Assembly (NCBI GenBank): GCA_049651845.1
Contig: JBASCW010000042.1
Span: 37,235-101,234, forward strand
DNA length: 64,000 bases
Direction of reading: 5' to 3'
DNA from: Burkholderiales bacterium
Lineage (GTDB): Bacteria; Pseudomonadota; Gammaproteobacteria; Burkholderiales; SG8-39
Within the stretch, counting starts at the first letter, position 1; every line of letters starts with the position of its first letter. This document shows positions 54,986-64,000 of the stretch, piece by piece. The translations under genes and the position numbers were made by a program. The notes beneath the pieces were generated by a model. That model was given only the letters and a program-made list of their open reading frames with translations, was not told the DNA's origin and did no database searches.

Positions 54986-55774
54986 ATGAGTTTCGCGCTC
55001 TTTCTGTTCCTGTTGCTGGCTGTCACCGGTGTGGTCTGGCTTCTGGACAAGTATTTCCTGAGAGCCAGGAGAGCCAAAGAGGCGAAACAACCGTGGTGGG
55101 TCGAGTATTCGATCAGCTTCTTCCCGGTGATTTTGATCGTGTTCCTGCTGCGCTCGTTCCTCGTCGAGCCGTTCAAGATCCCCTCGGGCTCGATGATCCC
55201 GACGCTGCAGATCGGCGACTTCATCCTGGTCAACAAGTACACCTACGGCATCCGGCTGCCGGTGGTGAACGTGAAGGTGGTCGAGCTCGGCAGCCCGAAG
55301 CGCGGCGAGGTCATGGTGTTCCGCTACCCGGCAGACCCGTCGCTGGACTACATCAAGCGCGTGGTGGGCGTGCCTGGCGACCGCATCGAGTACCGCGACA
55401 AGGTCCTGTCCCTGAACGGCAAGCCGGTGCCGCGCCGCGCGCTGGCGGACTACGAGGCGCGCGAGCGCCTGCAGTTCTACCCGCGCTACCTGGAGAGCTT
55501 CGAAGGCGCCGAGCACGAAATCATCCTCGAGAAGGACGTGCCCGGGTTCGTCAACCGGATCATGGAGTTCAAGCATTCCGGCAACTGCGACTACAATAGC
55601 GGAAGCTTGGCGTGCACGGTGCCGCCGGGCAATTATTTCGTGATGGGCGACAACAGGGACAATTCGAGCGACAGCCGCGTCTGGGGCTTCGTCCCGGACG
55701 AGAACATCGTCGGCAAGGCGTTCTTCATCTGGCTCAACCTGAGCGAGCTGGGGCGCTTCGGCTCGTTCCGTTGA
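54986..55774 (+). CDS. lepB: Signal peptidase I
   Basis: 262-aa ORF; SGSMIPTL, KRVVGVPGD, GDNRDNSSDSR boxes. Confidence 0.95.
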   Translation: MSFALFLFLLLAVTGVVWLLDKYFLRARRAKEAKQPWWVEYSISFFPVILIVFLLRSFLVEPFKIPSGSMIPTLQIGDFILVNKYTYGIRLPVVNVKVVELGSPKRGEVMVFRYPADPSLDYIKRVVGVPGDRIEYRDKVLSLNGKPVPRRALADYEARERLQFYPRYLESFEGAEHEIILEKDVPGFVNRIMEFKHSGNCDYNSGSLACTVPPGNYFVMGDNRDNSSDSRVWGFVPDENIVGKAFFIWLNLSELGRFGSFR

Positions 55775-55809
55775 AGGGCCCGCGAACAGGCAAACAGGGA
55801 GACTTGGAC

Positions 55810-56166
55810 ATGCGCAGAAAACAGCTCGGCGTCAGCCTCGGCGGACTGATGGCCGGCGCGGTGGTGCTGGTCGCGCTGGCGATGATCGGCATGAAGCTCG
55901 CGCCGTCGTACCTCGAGTTCTTCGCCGTCAAGAAGGCGGTCAACGCGCTCGCGCAGGAATCGCGCGGCGGCGCCTCGGTCGCCGAGGTCCGCAAGGGCTT
56001 CGACCAGCGCGCTGCCATCGACGCCATCGAATCGGTCAGGGGCTCCGACCTCGATGTCACCAAGGAGGGCGGCGCGATCGTCGTCGGCGTCTCCTACCGC
56101 AAGGAGATCCCGCTTGCCGGCAACATCGGCGTGTACATCGACTTCAGGGCGAGCTCGAGGGAATAG
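55810..56166 (+). CDS. DUF4845-like membrane-anchored protein
   Basis: 118 aa; N-terminal TM (LGGLMAGAVVLVALAMIGMKLAPSYLEF); conserved position between lepB and rnc. Confidence 0.65.
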   Translation: MRRKQLGVSLGGLMAGAVVLVALAMIGMKLAPSYLEFFAVKKAVNALAQESRGGASVAEVRKGFDQRAAIDAIESVRGSDLDVTKEGGAIVVGVSYRKEIPLAGNIGVYIDFRASSRE

Positions 56167-56182
56167 CCGCCCGGCCGCGCAG

Positions 56183-56854
56183 GTGCCCCGCCACCCGGCA
56201 TTCGAGCGGCGCATCGGCCACCGCTTCAAGGAGCCTGCGCTGCTCGCGCAGGCGCTCACCCACCGCAGCTTCGGCGCGCCGCACAACGAGCGGCTGGAAT
56301 TCCTCGGCGACGGCGTGGTCGACTGCGTGATCGCCGAGGAGCTCTACGCGCGCTTTCCGGCGCTCGCCGAGGGCGAGCTGTCGCGGCTGCGCGCGAGCCT
56401 GGTGCGCGAGGAAGCCCTCGCGGCAGTGGCGCGCTCGATCGGGCTGTCCGACTTCATGCGCCTGGGCGAGGGCGAGGTGGCGAGCGGGGGCGCGGATCGC
56501 TCCTCGATCCTCGCCGACGCGCTCGAGGCGACCTATGGCGCGGTGTTCCTGGACGGCGGCTACGAGGCGGCGCGCGCCGTGGTGCGGCGCACCTTCGGGG
56601 AGGCGCTGGAGAAGCTCGACCCGCGCCAGCCTGCCAAGGACGCCAAGACCAGCCTGCAGGAACTGCTGCAGGGCCGGCGGCTCAAGCTGCCCGAGTACCG
56701 GGTCATCGCGACCGCCGGCGCCGCGCACCGGCAGGTCTTCGAGGTGGAATGCGTCGCCGCGGGCCTCGGCCTGCGCGCCACGGGCAGCGGCAGCACCCGT
56801 CGCCTGGCCGAGCAGCAGGCCGCGGAAAACCTGCTGAAGCAGATCGCGCCGTGA
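56183..56854 (+). CDS. rnc: Ribonuclease III
   Basis: GTG 56183; signature NERLEFLGD, dsRBD at the C-terminus; the track ORF from 56054 overlaps the previous gene. Confidence 0.95.
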   Translation: MPRHPAFERRIGHRFKEPALLAQALTHRSFGAPHNERLEFLGDGVVDCVIAEELYARFPALAEGELSRLRASLVREEALAAVARSIGLSDFMRLGEGEVASGGADRSSILADALEATYGAVFLDGGYEAARAVVRRTFGEALEKLDPRQPAKDAKTSLQELLQGRRLKLPEYRVIATAGAAHRQVFEVECVAAGLGLRATGSGSTRRLAEQQAAENLLKQIAP

Positions 56855-56858
56855 GCGC

Positions 56859-57743
56859 ATGAGCGCGTTCCGTTGCGGCACCGTGGCCATCGCGGGGCGG
56901 CCGAACACCGGCAAGTCGAGCCTGCTCAACAAGCTGGTGGGCCAGAAGATCGCGATCGTCTCGCCGAAGGCGCAGACCACGCGCCGCACGCTGGCCGGCA
57001 TCCTCACCACGCCGGGCCGCCAGTACGTGTTCGTGGACCTGCCCGGCTACCAGACGCGGCACGTCAACGTGCTCAACCGCGCGCTCAATCGCCAGGCGAC
57101 GGACGGGGCGCAGGACTGCGACGTGGTGGCTTTCGTGGTCGAAGCGGGGCGCTTTACGCAAGACGACCGCGCGGTGCTGGCGCGCATCCCTCCGCAGCAG
57201 CTCGTGGTCGCGGTGGTGAACAAGATCGACCGCCTGAAGCGCCCGGCCGAGCTGCTGCCCTTTGTCGACCGGCTGCAAGCGGAGCGCGCCTTCGAGGCCA
57301 TCGTTCCGGTCTCGGCGCGCACCGGGCGCAACCTGCCGGAGCTGCTGCGCGTGCTCGAAGGCCTGCTGCCGGAAGGCCCCGCGGCTTACCCGGCCGACCA
57401 GCTCACCGACAAGGACGAGCGCTTCTTCGCCGCGGAGATCCTGCGCGAGAAGCTGTTCCAGCTGCTCGGCGAGGAGCTGCCCTACCGCTGCGAGGTGGCG
57501 GTGGAAAGCTTCAAGGAAGAAGGCCGGCTGCGCCGCATCGAGGCGACGATCTGGGTGGAGAAGGAGAGCCAGAAGGCCATCGTGATCGGCGCCCGCGGCG
57601 AGCAGCTCAAGCGCATCTCGAGCGCCGCGCGCCGGGACATGGAGCGCCTGTACGACGGCAAGGTCTACCTGGGCGTCTGGGTCAAGGTGCGGCGCGACTG
57701 GTCGGGCGACGCGCGCCTGCTCAAGCAGCTGGGCTACGGCTGA
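56859..57743 (+). CDS. era: GTPase Era
   Basis: 294-aa ORF; G1 GRPNTGKSS, G4 NKID, KH domain. Confidence 0.95.
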   Translation: MSAFRCGTVAIAGRPNTGKSSLLNKLVGQKIAIVSPKAQTTRRTLAGILTTPGRQYVFVDLPGYQTRHVNVLNRALNRQATDGAQDCDVVAFVVEAGRFTQDDRAVLARIPPQQLVVAVVNKIDRLKRPAELLPFVDRLQAERAFEAIVPVSARTGRNLPELLRVLEGLLPEGPAAYPADQLTDKDERFFAAEILREKLFQLLGEELPYRCEVAVESFKEEGRLRRIEATIWVEKESQKAIVIGARGEQLKRISSAARRDMERLYDGKVYLGVWVKVRRDWSGDARLLKQLGYG

Positions 57744-57750
57744 TCCGGCC

Positions 57751-58464
57751 ATGAAGCGCCGCGCGCAGCTCGAGCCGGGGTATGTCCTGCATTCCTACCC
57801 GTACAAGGAGACCAGCCTCATCGTCGAGGCGTTCACGCGGCGCTTCGGCCGCGTGAGCCTGCTCGCGCGCGGCGCGCGCCGGCCGCGCTCGGCGATGCGC
57901 GGCGTGCTGCTCGCGTTCCACCCGCTGCGGCTGACCTGGAGCGCTTCGGCCGAGCTGGGCACGCTGATCGCCGCGGAGTGGAGCGGCGGGCAGAAGTCGC
58001 TCGCCGGCGCGGGCCTGATGTGCGGCTTCTACCTGAACGAGCTGCTGCTGAGGCTGCTGCCGCGCGAGGACGCGCACGAAAATCTGTTTGACGCCTACGC
58101 TGCGGCACTTGAAAGTCTTTCTCTTGGAAAGGTCGAAGCCCCTGTGCTTCGCAGTTTCGAGCGAAGGCTGCTCGTCGAACTCGGGTATGCTCCCGTGCTC
58201 GACCGCGACGCGGCGAGCGGAGCCGCGATCGAGCCGGACAAGCGCTACGCCTACGAGGCGGAACGCGGTCCGGTCGAGACCCGGCGGTCCAACGGAGAAT
58301 CGGTGGTGAGCGGCAGGACGCTACTCGACATGGCGGCGGACGACTACGGCGACGCACGCACGCGCGAGGAGGCGCGGCGTCTGATGCGCGCGCTGATCGC
58401 CGACCGCCTCGGCGGCAAGGCGCTGCACACGCGCGCCGTGCTCTCGGAGCTGCAGGACCTGTGA
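57751..58464 (+). CDS. recO: DNA repair protein RecO
   Basis: 237-aa ORF; YVLHSYPYKETSLIVEAFT OB-fold N-terminus; conserved era-recO-pdxJ order. Confidence 0.9.
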   Translation: MKRRAQLEPGYVLHSYPYKETSLIVEAFTRRFGRVSLLARGARRPRSAMRGVLLAFHPLRLTWSASAELGTLIAAEWSGGQKSLAGAGLMCGFYLNELLLRLLPREDAHENLFDAYAAALESLSLGKVEAPVLRSFERRLLVELGYAPVLDRDAASGAAIEPDKRYAYEAERGPVETRRSNGESVVSGRTLLDMAADDYGDARTREEARRLMRALIADRLGGKALHTRAVLSELQDL

Positions 58465-59207
58465 TCGAGCTCGGCGTCAACGTCGACCACGTCGCGACCG
58501 TGCGACAGGCGCGGCGCACCTACGAGCCCGACCCGGTCTGGGCGGCGGTCGAGGCGCACCTGGGCGGGGCCGACGGCATCACCGTGCACCTGCGCGAGGA
58601 CCGGCGCCACATCCAGGACCAGGACGTCGCGCGCCTGCGCGAGCTCACGCACATCAAGCTGAACCTCGAGATGGCGGCGACCGCCGAGATGGTGGCGATC
58701 GCGCGCCGCATCAAGCCGGAAATGGCGATGCTGGTCCCGGAAGGCAGGCGGGAAGTGACCACCGAGGGCGGATTGAACGTGCTTGCGCAGGAAAAATCCC
58801 TGAAAAGCAAAGTCGCCAGCCTTCACGATGCCGGCATCGTCGTCTCCGTCTTCATCGACGCGGACCTGCGGCAGGTCGAGGCGGCGAAGCGCATCGGCGC
58901 GTCGGTGTGCGAGGTGCACACCGGACCGTATGCGCACGCCTTCCACGCCAAAGGCCGCGACGCCGAAAGCCCGGCAGTCCTTCTTCAATTGAACAAAATA
59001 AGAAAAGCCGGCGAGAAGATCCGCGCGCTCGGCATGCGCTTCAACGCAGGCCACGCGCTCAACTATTTCAACGTGCAGCCGGTGGCGCGCCTGCCCGGCG
59101 TGCGCGAGCTGCACATCGGCCACGCCATCGTCTCTCGTGCGTTGTTCGTAGGCCTGCGCGAGGCGGTGCGCGAGATGAAGCGCCTGATGACCGAGGCCGC
59201 GAGATGA
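58461..59207 (+). CDS. pdxJ: Pyridoxine 5'-phosphate synthase
   Basis: 248-aa ORF; LGVNVDHVATVRQAR, HLREDRRHI motifs. Confidence 0.95.
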   Translation: MIELGVNVDHVATVRQARRTYEPDPVWAAVEAHLGGADGITVHLREDRRHIQDQDVARLRELTHIKLNLEMAATAEMVAIARRIKPEMAMLVPEGRREVTTEGGLNVLAQEKSLKSKVASLHDAGIVVSVFIDADLRQVEAAKRIGASVCEVHTGPYAHAFHAKGRDAESPAVLLQLNKIRKAGEKIRALGMRFNAGHALNYFNVQPVARLPGVRELHIGHAIVSRALFVGLREAVREMKRLMTEAAR

Positions 59208-59587
59208 TCTACGGGGTTGGAACGGATTTGATTGAAGTAAAGAGAATCGAAAGGGTCTTGCGTCGCTTTGGCGACCGATTCGCCCAGCGCATCCTCTGCG
59301 AGCCGGAACTGAAGCGTTTCCGCGCACACAAGCAGCCGGTGCACTACCTCGCCAAGCGCTTCGCCGCCAAGGAAGCCTTCACCAAGGCGCTCGGCACCGG
59401 CATCCACGCGCCCGCCAACTGGCATGGGGTTTGGGTGATCAATCTGAAATCCGGCAAGCCGCAGCTCGAATTCTCCGATGAACTTCAGAAGCTTTTGAAG
59501 CAAAAGCAAATCCGCAGCAGCCACCTTTCGCTGACTGACGAGCGGGAGATCGCCTCTGCGACCGTCATCCTGGAATGCGACGACTGA
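59204..59587 (+). CDS. acpS: Holo-ACP synthase
   Basis: ATGA overlap with pdxJ; MIYGVGTDLIEVKRIE and FAAKEAFTKALGTG. Confidence 0.9.
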   Translation: MIYGVGTDLIEVKRIERVLRRFGDRFAQRILCEPELKRFRAHKQPVHYLAKRFAAKEAFTKALGTGIHAPANWHGVWVINLKSGKPQLEFSDELQKLLKQKQIRSSHLSLTDEREIASATVILECDD

Positions 59588-60600
59588 AGCTTCCGCTCGG
59601 CCCGGTCGTCCTCGACCCGGCCGGCCTCGCGCTCGGCGACGACGACCGCAGGCGCCTGCGGCACCCGGCTGCGGGCGGCGTGATCCTGTTCGCGCACAAC
59701 TTCGAGAGTCCGGAGCAGCTGCTCGCGCTCACCGACGAAATTTCGCGGCTGCGCGACCCGGAGCTGCCGATCTGCGTGGACCACGAGGGCGGCCGCGTGC
59801 AGCGCTTCGCACAGGGCTTCACGACCATCCCGCCGATGCGCCGCTTGGGCGTGCTCTGGGACCGCGACAGGGAAAGAGCAAGGCGGTCGGCGCGCGCCGT
59901 GGGCACGATCGTCGCGGCCGAGCTGGGGGCGCACGGCGTGGATTTCAGCTTCACGCCGGTGCTCGACCTGGACTACGGCTCGAGCGCGGTGATCGGGCAC
60001 CGCGCCTTCCACTACGACCCGACCGCAGTGGGCGCGCTCGCCGTGCAGCTGATCGAGGGCCTGGCGGGCGGCGGCATGGCCGCGGTCGGCAAGCACTTTC
60101 CCGGGCACGGCTTCGTCGCCGTCGACTCGCACCACGCCGTGCCGCGCGACGAGCGCCCGCTCAAGGACCTGCTGCGCAAGGACGTGCTGCCTTACCAGGC
60201 GGCGATCAAGGCCGGGCTCGCCGCGGTGATGCCGGCGCACGTCATCTACCCCCATGCGGACCCGGAGCCGGCGGGTTACTCGCGCTACTGGCTGCAGGAG
60301 GTCCTGCGCGGCAAGCTCGGCTTCGAGGGCCTGATTTTTAGCGACGACCTGTCGATGGAGGGCGCGAGCACCGCGGGCGGCGTCGTCGAGCGCGCGCACG
60401 CCGCGCTGGCCGCGGGCTGCGACCAGGTGCTGCTGTGCCAGAAGCCCGAGGAGCAGGAACGCCTGCTGGAAGCGCTGGCATCGATTCCTGTTTCTTTTCC
60501 AGAGAGAATTGAAAGACTGCGGCGCCGCGGCGGGCGTGATTTCAGGAAGAGCGTCGCGTATCGTGAGGCGCTTGAAGCGATCCAGGACATCCCTCAATAG
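59575..60600 (+). CDS. nagZ: Beta-N-acetylhexosaminidase NagZ
   Basis: 341-aa ORF; GH3 motifs [27 protein letters not shown]. Confidence 0.9.
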   Translation: MRRLKLPLGPVVLDPAGLALGDDDRRRLRHPAAGGVILFAHNFESPEQLLALTDEISRLRDPELPICVDHEGGRVQRFAQGFTTIPPMRRLGVLWDRDRERARRSARAVGTIVAAELGAHGVDFSFTPVLDLDYGSSAVIGHRAFHYDPTAVGALAVQLIEGLAGGGMAAVGKHFPGHGFVAVDSHHAVPRDERPLKDLLRKDVLPYQAAIKAGLAAVMPAHVIYPHADPEPAGYSRYWLQEVLRGKLGFEGLIFSDDLSMEGASTAGGVVERAHAALAAGCDQVLLCQKPEEQERLLEALASIPVSFPERIERLRRRGGRDFRKSVAYREALEAIQDIPQ

Positions 60601-60611
60601 GAGAGACGCGC

Positions 60612-62048
60612 ATGGCCTATCCCAAAGTGCAACTGCTCATCGACGGCCAGTGGTGCGACGCCGCCTCCGGCAAGACCCTGCCGGTGTTGAATCCCGCCAC
60701 CGGCGAGACCATCGGCACGGTGGCGCATGCCGAGAAGGCCGACCTCGACCGCGCGCTCGACGCGGCGAAGAAAGGCTTCGAAGTCTGGCGTAAGACCGGC
60801 GCTTTCGCCCGCTACCAGATGATGCGCAAGGCCGCCGACTTCTTGCGCGCACGCGCGGACAGCATAGCTCCATTGATGACGATGGAGCAGGGCAAGCCGC
60901 TGGCCGAAGCCAAGATGGAGGTGCTGGCCGGCGCCGACGTGATCGACTGGTTCGCCGAGGAAGGGCGCCGCGCCTACGGCCGCATCATTCCTGCGCGCGC
61001 TCCCGGCATCTACCAGCTCGCGATCAAGGAACCGGTCGGACCGGTGGCCGCGTTCACGCCCTGGAACTTCCCGATCAACCAGATCGTGCGCAAGCTCTCG
61101 GCGGCGGTGACCACGGGCTGCTCGATCGTCGTCAAGGCGCCCGAGGAGACGCCGGCCTCGCCGGCCGAGCTGCTGCGCGCCTTCCATGACGCCGGCGCGC
61201 CGGCGGGGGTGATCGGCCTGGTGTTCGGCGTGCCGGCCGAGATCTCGGAGTACCTGATTCCGAGCCCGGCGATCCGCAAAGTCACCTTCACGGGCTCGAC
61301 CGTGGTGGGCAAGCAGCTCGCCGCGCTCGCGGGCAAGCACATGAAGCGCGTGACGATGGAGCTGGGCGGACACGCGCCGGTGATCGTGTTCGACGACGCC
61401 GACGTGGACGCCGCGGCGAAGCTGCTCGCCTTCGGCAAGTTCCGCAACGCCGGGCAGGTCTGCGTGTCGCCGACCCGCTTCCTGGTGCAGGAAAAGGTCT
61501 ACACGAGCTTCGTGGACAAGTTCACCGAGCATGCGAAGGCGCTCAAAGTGGGCAACGGCCTGGAGCAGGGCGTGACCATGGGCGCGCTCGCCAATCCGCG
61601 CCGCACGGCGGCCATCGGCGCGCATGTCGAAGACGCGAAAAAGGCCGGCGGCAGGATTCGCACGGGTGGCCATCGCATCGGCGACAGGGGCAATTTCTTC
61701 GAGCCCACCGTGGTCACCGAGGTGCCGAACACAGCCAGGCCCATGAACGAGGAGCCCTTCGGGCCGCTCGCGGTCATCAACCCGTTCAAGAACTTCGACG
61801 ACGCGGTGCGCGAGGCGAACCGGCTGCCGTTCGGCCTGGCGTCCTACGCGTTCACCAAGTCGGCGAAGACCGCGAACGCGATCGCGACGGAGGTGGAGGC
61901 CGGCATGATGAGCATCAACCACCTCGGCCTGGCGCTGCCCGAGGTGCCCTTCGGCGGCATCAAGGACTCGGGCTACGGCACCGAAGGCGGCGCCGATGCG
62001 ATCGAGGCCTACCTGAACACCAAGTTCGTCTCACAGGCCGGCGTGTGA
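60612..62048 (+). CDS. NAD(P)-dependent aldehyde dehydrogenase (succinate-semialdehyde dehydrogenase-like)
   Basis: 478-aa ORF; [16 protein letters not shown], catalytic Cys in [11 protein letters not shown]. Confidence 0.9.
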   Translation: MAYPKVQLLIDGQWCDAASGKTLPVLNPATGETIGTVAHAEKADLDRALDAAKKGFEVWRKTGAFARYQMMRKAADFLRARADSIAPLMTMEQGKPLAEAKMEVLAGADVIDWFAEEGRRAYGRIIPARAPGIYQLAIKEPVGPVAAFTPWNFPINQIVRKLSAAVTTGCSIVVKAPEETPASPAELLRAFHDAGAPAGVIGLVFGVPAEISEYLIPSPAIRKVTFTGSTVVGKQLAALAGKHMKRVTMELGGHAPVIVFDDADVDAAAKLLAFGKFRNAGQVCVSPTRFLVQEKVYTSFVDKFTEHAKALKVGNGLEQGVTMGALANPRRTAAIGAHVEDAKKAGGRIRTGGHRIGDRGNFFEPTVVTEVPNTARPMNEEPFGPLAVINPFKNFDDAVREANRLPFGLASYAFTKSAKTANAIATEVEAGMMSINHLGLALPEVPFGGIKDSGYGTEGGADAIEAYLNTKFVSQAGV

Positions 62049-62095
62049 ATGGATCGCCGGCGAATGGCCACATCCGGCCCCTGAAGGAGATTTCC

Positions 62096-62497
62096 GTGCC
62101 ACTGGTCAAGACGATCGAGTACGCCGAAGCGAGCCCGTCCGTGAGGGCGGTCTATGACGACATCATGAAGACGCGCGGCGTCGACTGGATCAACAACTTC
62201 TGGAAGGTGCTGGCCAACGACCCGGCGCAGCTGGCGCGCGTGTGGGCGCAGGTGAAGCAGGTGATGGCGCCGGGCGCGCTCGACCCGCTCGTGAAGGAGA
62301 TGATCTACGTCGCGGTGAGCGCCACCAACGGCTGCGAGTACTGCACCTTTTCGCACACTGCTGCCGCGCGCAACAAAGGGATGACGGACGCGATGTTCCT
62401 CGAGCTGATGGCGGTGGTGGGGCTCGCCAACGAGACCAACCGGCTCGCGAACGGCCTGCGCCCGCCGGTCGACCAGCCCCTTATTCCCGCGGAGTGA
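62096..62497 (+). CDS. Carboxymuconolactone decarboxylase/AhpD-like family protein
   Basis: GTG 62096 with AAGGAGA SD; CEYCTFSH (CxxC..H) motif. Confidence 0.75.
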   Translation: MPLVKTIEYAEASPSVRAVYDDIMKTRGVDWINNFWKVLANDPAQLARVWAQVKQVMAPGALDPLVKEMIYVAVSATNGCEYCTFSHTAAARNKGMTDAMFLELMAVVGLANETNRLANGLRPPVDQPLIPAE

Positions 62498-62518
62498 TTC
62501 GAGGCAAGAAGCGGGGGG

Positions 62519-63085
62519 TCAGGCGCGCTCCATATAGGAGCCGTCGTTGGTCGAGACCTTGATCTTCTCGCCCTGGTTGATGAAAGGCGGGACCTGAACG
62601 ATCAGGCCCGTCTCCGTGGTGGCGGGCTTGAAGGTATTGGTGGCAGTCGCGTTCTTGATGCCGGGCTCGGTGTCGGTGACGGTGAGCACGACCGAGGCCG
62701 GCAGCTCGATGCCGATCGGGCGGCTGTTGTAGAGGTTGACCTGCACGTCCGCATTGGGCAGCAGGTAGCCCGCCTGGCCTTCGAGGAAGTCGGCCGACAG
62801 GCGCAGCTCCTCGTAGTTCTCCTTGTCCATGAACACATAGCTGTCGCCGTCCTGGTAGGAGAACGTCATCTCGCGCGGATCGACGAACGCGCGCTCGACC
62901 TTGTCCTCGGTGCGGAAGCGCTGGTTGGTCTTGGTGCCGGACTCGATGTCCTTCATTTCCACCTGCATGAAGGCGCCGCCGCGGCCGCCGACGTGGACGT
63001 GGTAGCACTTGAGGACGCGCCAGACGCGCTTGTCCCATTCGAGAAGATTGCCGACGCGAAGTTCGACTGCCGATACTTTTGCCAT
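62519..63085 (-). CDS. efp: Elongation factor P
   Basis: 188-aa ORF; the conserved loop here is HVGGRGGAFMQ, then the OB domains. Confidence 0.95.
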   Translation of the reverse strand: MAKVSAVELRVGNLLEWDKRVWRVLKCYHVHVGGRGGAFMQVEMKDIESGTKTNQRFRTEDKVERAFVDPREMTFSYQDGDSYVFMDKENYEELRLSADFLEGQAGYLLPNADVQVNLYNSRPIGIELPASVVLTVTDTEPGIKNATATNTFKPATTETGLIVQVPPFINQGEKIKVSTNDGSYMERA

Positions 63086-63128
63086 GACCTAAGCCCCTGA
63101 AAAGGGGGCGAATTATAATCCAAAGGCC

Positions 63129-64000
63129 GTGTTCGAACCCAAGTCCTTCGTCGCCGGATTGCCGAATCTTCCGGGCGTGTACCGGATGCTCGGCGCCGCG
63201 GGCGAGGTGCTCTACGTCGGCAAGGCGGGCGACCTGAAAAAGCGCGTGTCCTCGTACTTCCAGAAGCAAGGGCTCAGCCCCCGCATCCAGATGATGGTCT
63301 CGCAGGTGGCCTCGATCGAGGTCACCGCGACGCGCTCGGAGCCCGAAGCGCTGCTGCTCGAGAACAACCTCATCAAGAGCCTCGCGCCGCGCTACAACAT
63401 CCTGTTCCGTGACGACAAGTCCTATCCCTACCTGATGATCACGGGGCATGCGTTCCCGCGCCTGGGCTTTCACCGCGGCGCGAAGGACCGCCAGCACCGG
63501 TATTTCGGGCCGTTCCCGCACGCGCACGCCGTGCGCGAGAGCATCCAGCTGCTGCAGCGCGTGTTCCGGCTGCGCACCTGCGAGGACTCGGTATACCAGA
63601 ACCGCTCGCGTCCCTGCCTGCTGCACCAGATCCAGCGCTGCACCGCGCCCTGCACTGGCGAGATCAGCGCCGAGCGCTACGCCGAGGACGTGCACAGCGC
63701 CGAGCTGTTCCTGCAAGGGCGCGAGGACGACGTCACGCGCCGGCTCACCGAGCGCATGGACGCGGCTTCGGCCGCGCAGCGGTACGAGGAGGCGGCGCTC
63801 TACCGCGACCAGATCCGCGCGCTCGCGCGCGTGCAGGCCCGGCAGTACGTCGAATCGGACCGCGGCGTGGACGCCGACGTGGTCGCCTGCGTGGTGGACG
63901 CGGGCGCCGCCTGCGTCAACCTGACCATGATTCGCGCCGGGCGCCACGTGGGCGACCGCAGCTTGTTCCCGCAGAACGCGGCCGGCGCGACCGAGCCCGA
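63129..64000 (+). CDS. uvrC: Excinuclease ABC subunit C, N-terminal part (runs off the window)
   Basis: GTG 63129; GIY-YIG domain [30 protein letters not shown], then the Cys cluster and UVR domain. Confidence 0.9.
   Translation, partial: MFEPKSFVAGLPNLPGVYRMLGAAGEVLYVGKAGDLKKRVSSYFQKQGLSPRIQMMVSQVASIEVTATRSEPEALLLENNLIKSLAPRYNILFRDDKSYPYLMITGHAFPRLGFHRGAKDRQHRYFGPFPHAHAVRESIQLLQRVFRLRTCEDSVYQNRSRPCLLHQIQRCTAPCTGEISAERYAEDVHSAELFLQGREDDVTRRLTERMDAASAAQRYEEAALYRDQIRALARVQARQYVESDRGVDADVVACVVDAGAACVNLTMIRAGRHVGDRSLFPQNAAGATEP

Overview
High-GC proteobacterial chromosome; the gene order looks most like Betaproteobacteria, which is an inference from synteny only. All motif work below was done by eye and no searches were run.

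**Layout**
- **1-9.5 kb:** liv-type ABC transporter genes, a GntR regulator, an acyl-CoA ligase, a GGDEF protein with a degenerate active site, tRNA-Asn, an aminotransferase and uvrB.
- **9.5-35.9 kb:** an accessory-looking block of envelope and general-stress genes.
  - Envelope and small stress proteins: DUF4124, a collagen-like lipoprotein, BON plus an AI-2E transporter, OsmB/SlyB-type glycine-zipper proteins, OmpA-like, lmo0937-type and entericidin-type peptides, two CsbD, CigR-like, MlaC-like and a Ca2+/H+ antiporter.
  - Also a broken Fe/Mn SOD and a 2893-aa cyclic beta-1,2-glucan synthase.
  - Regulators: three paralogous Crp/Fnr-family regulators and a hybrid histidine kinase with a REC-PAS partner.
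- **35.9-64 kb:** a conserved housekeeping run: rne, rluC, sppA, maf, yceD, rpmF, plsX, fabHDG, acpP, fabF, rpoE-rseA-rseB-htrA, lepA, lepB, rnc, era, recO, pdxJ, acpS, nagZ, efp, uvrC.

**Main hunt result**
- The stress block carries 16 copies of a 16-bp palindrome, TGTNCGC-N2-GCGNACA, which has a CRP-like 5-6-5 layout but a different sequence.
- The boxes sit in front of most of its transcription units, each at a fixed distance from a -10-like hexamer.
- Six ATG start codons lie exactly 33 nt from a box, which predicts leaderless mRNAs at class II geometry.
- One box appears to drive a free-standing ~79-nt sRNA candidate with a CU-rich (anti-Shine-Dalgarno) loop.
- A sequence-related, terminator-bearing leader precedes the cyclic-glucan synthase gene.

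I do not recognise this box, regulon or RNA as described, and every functional statement about them is inference.
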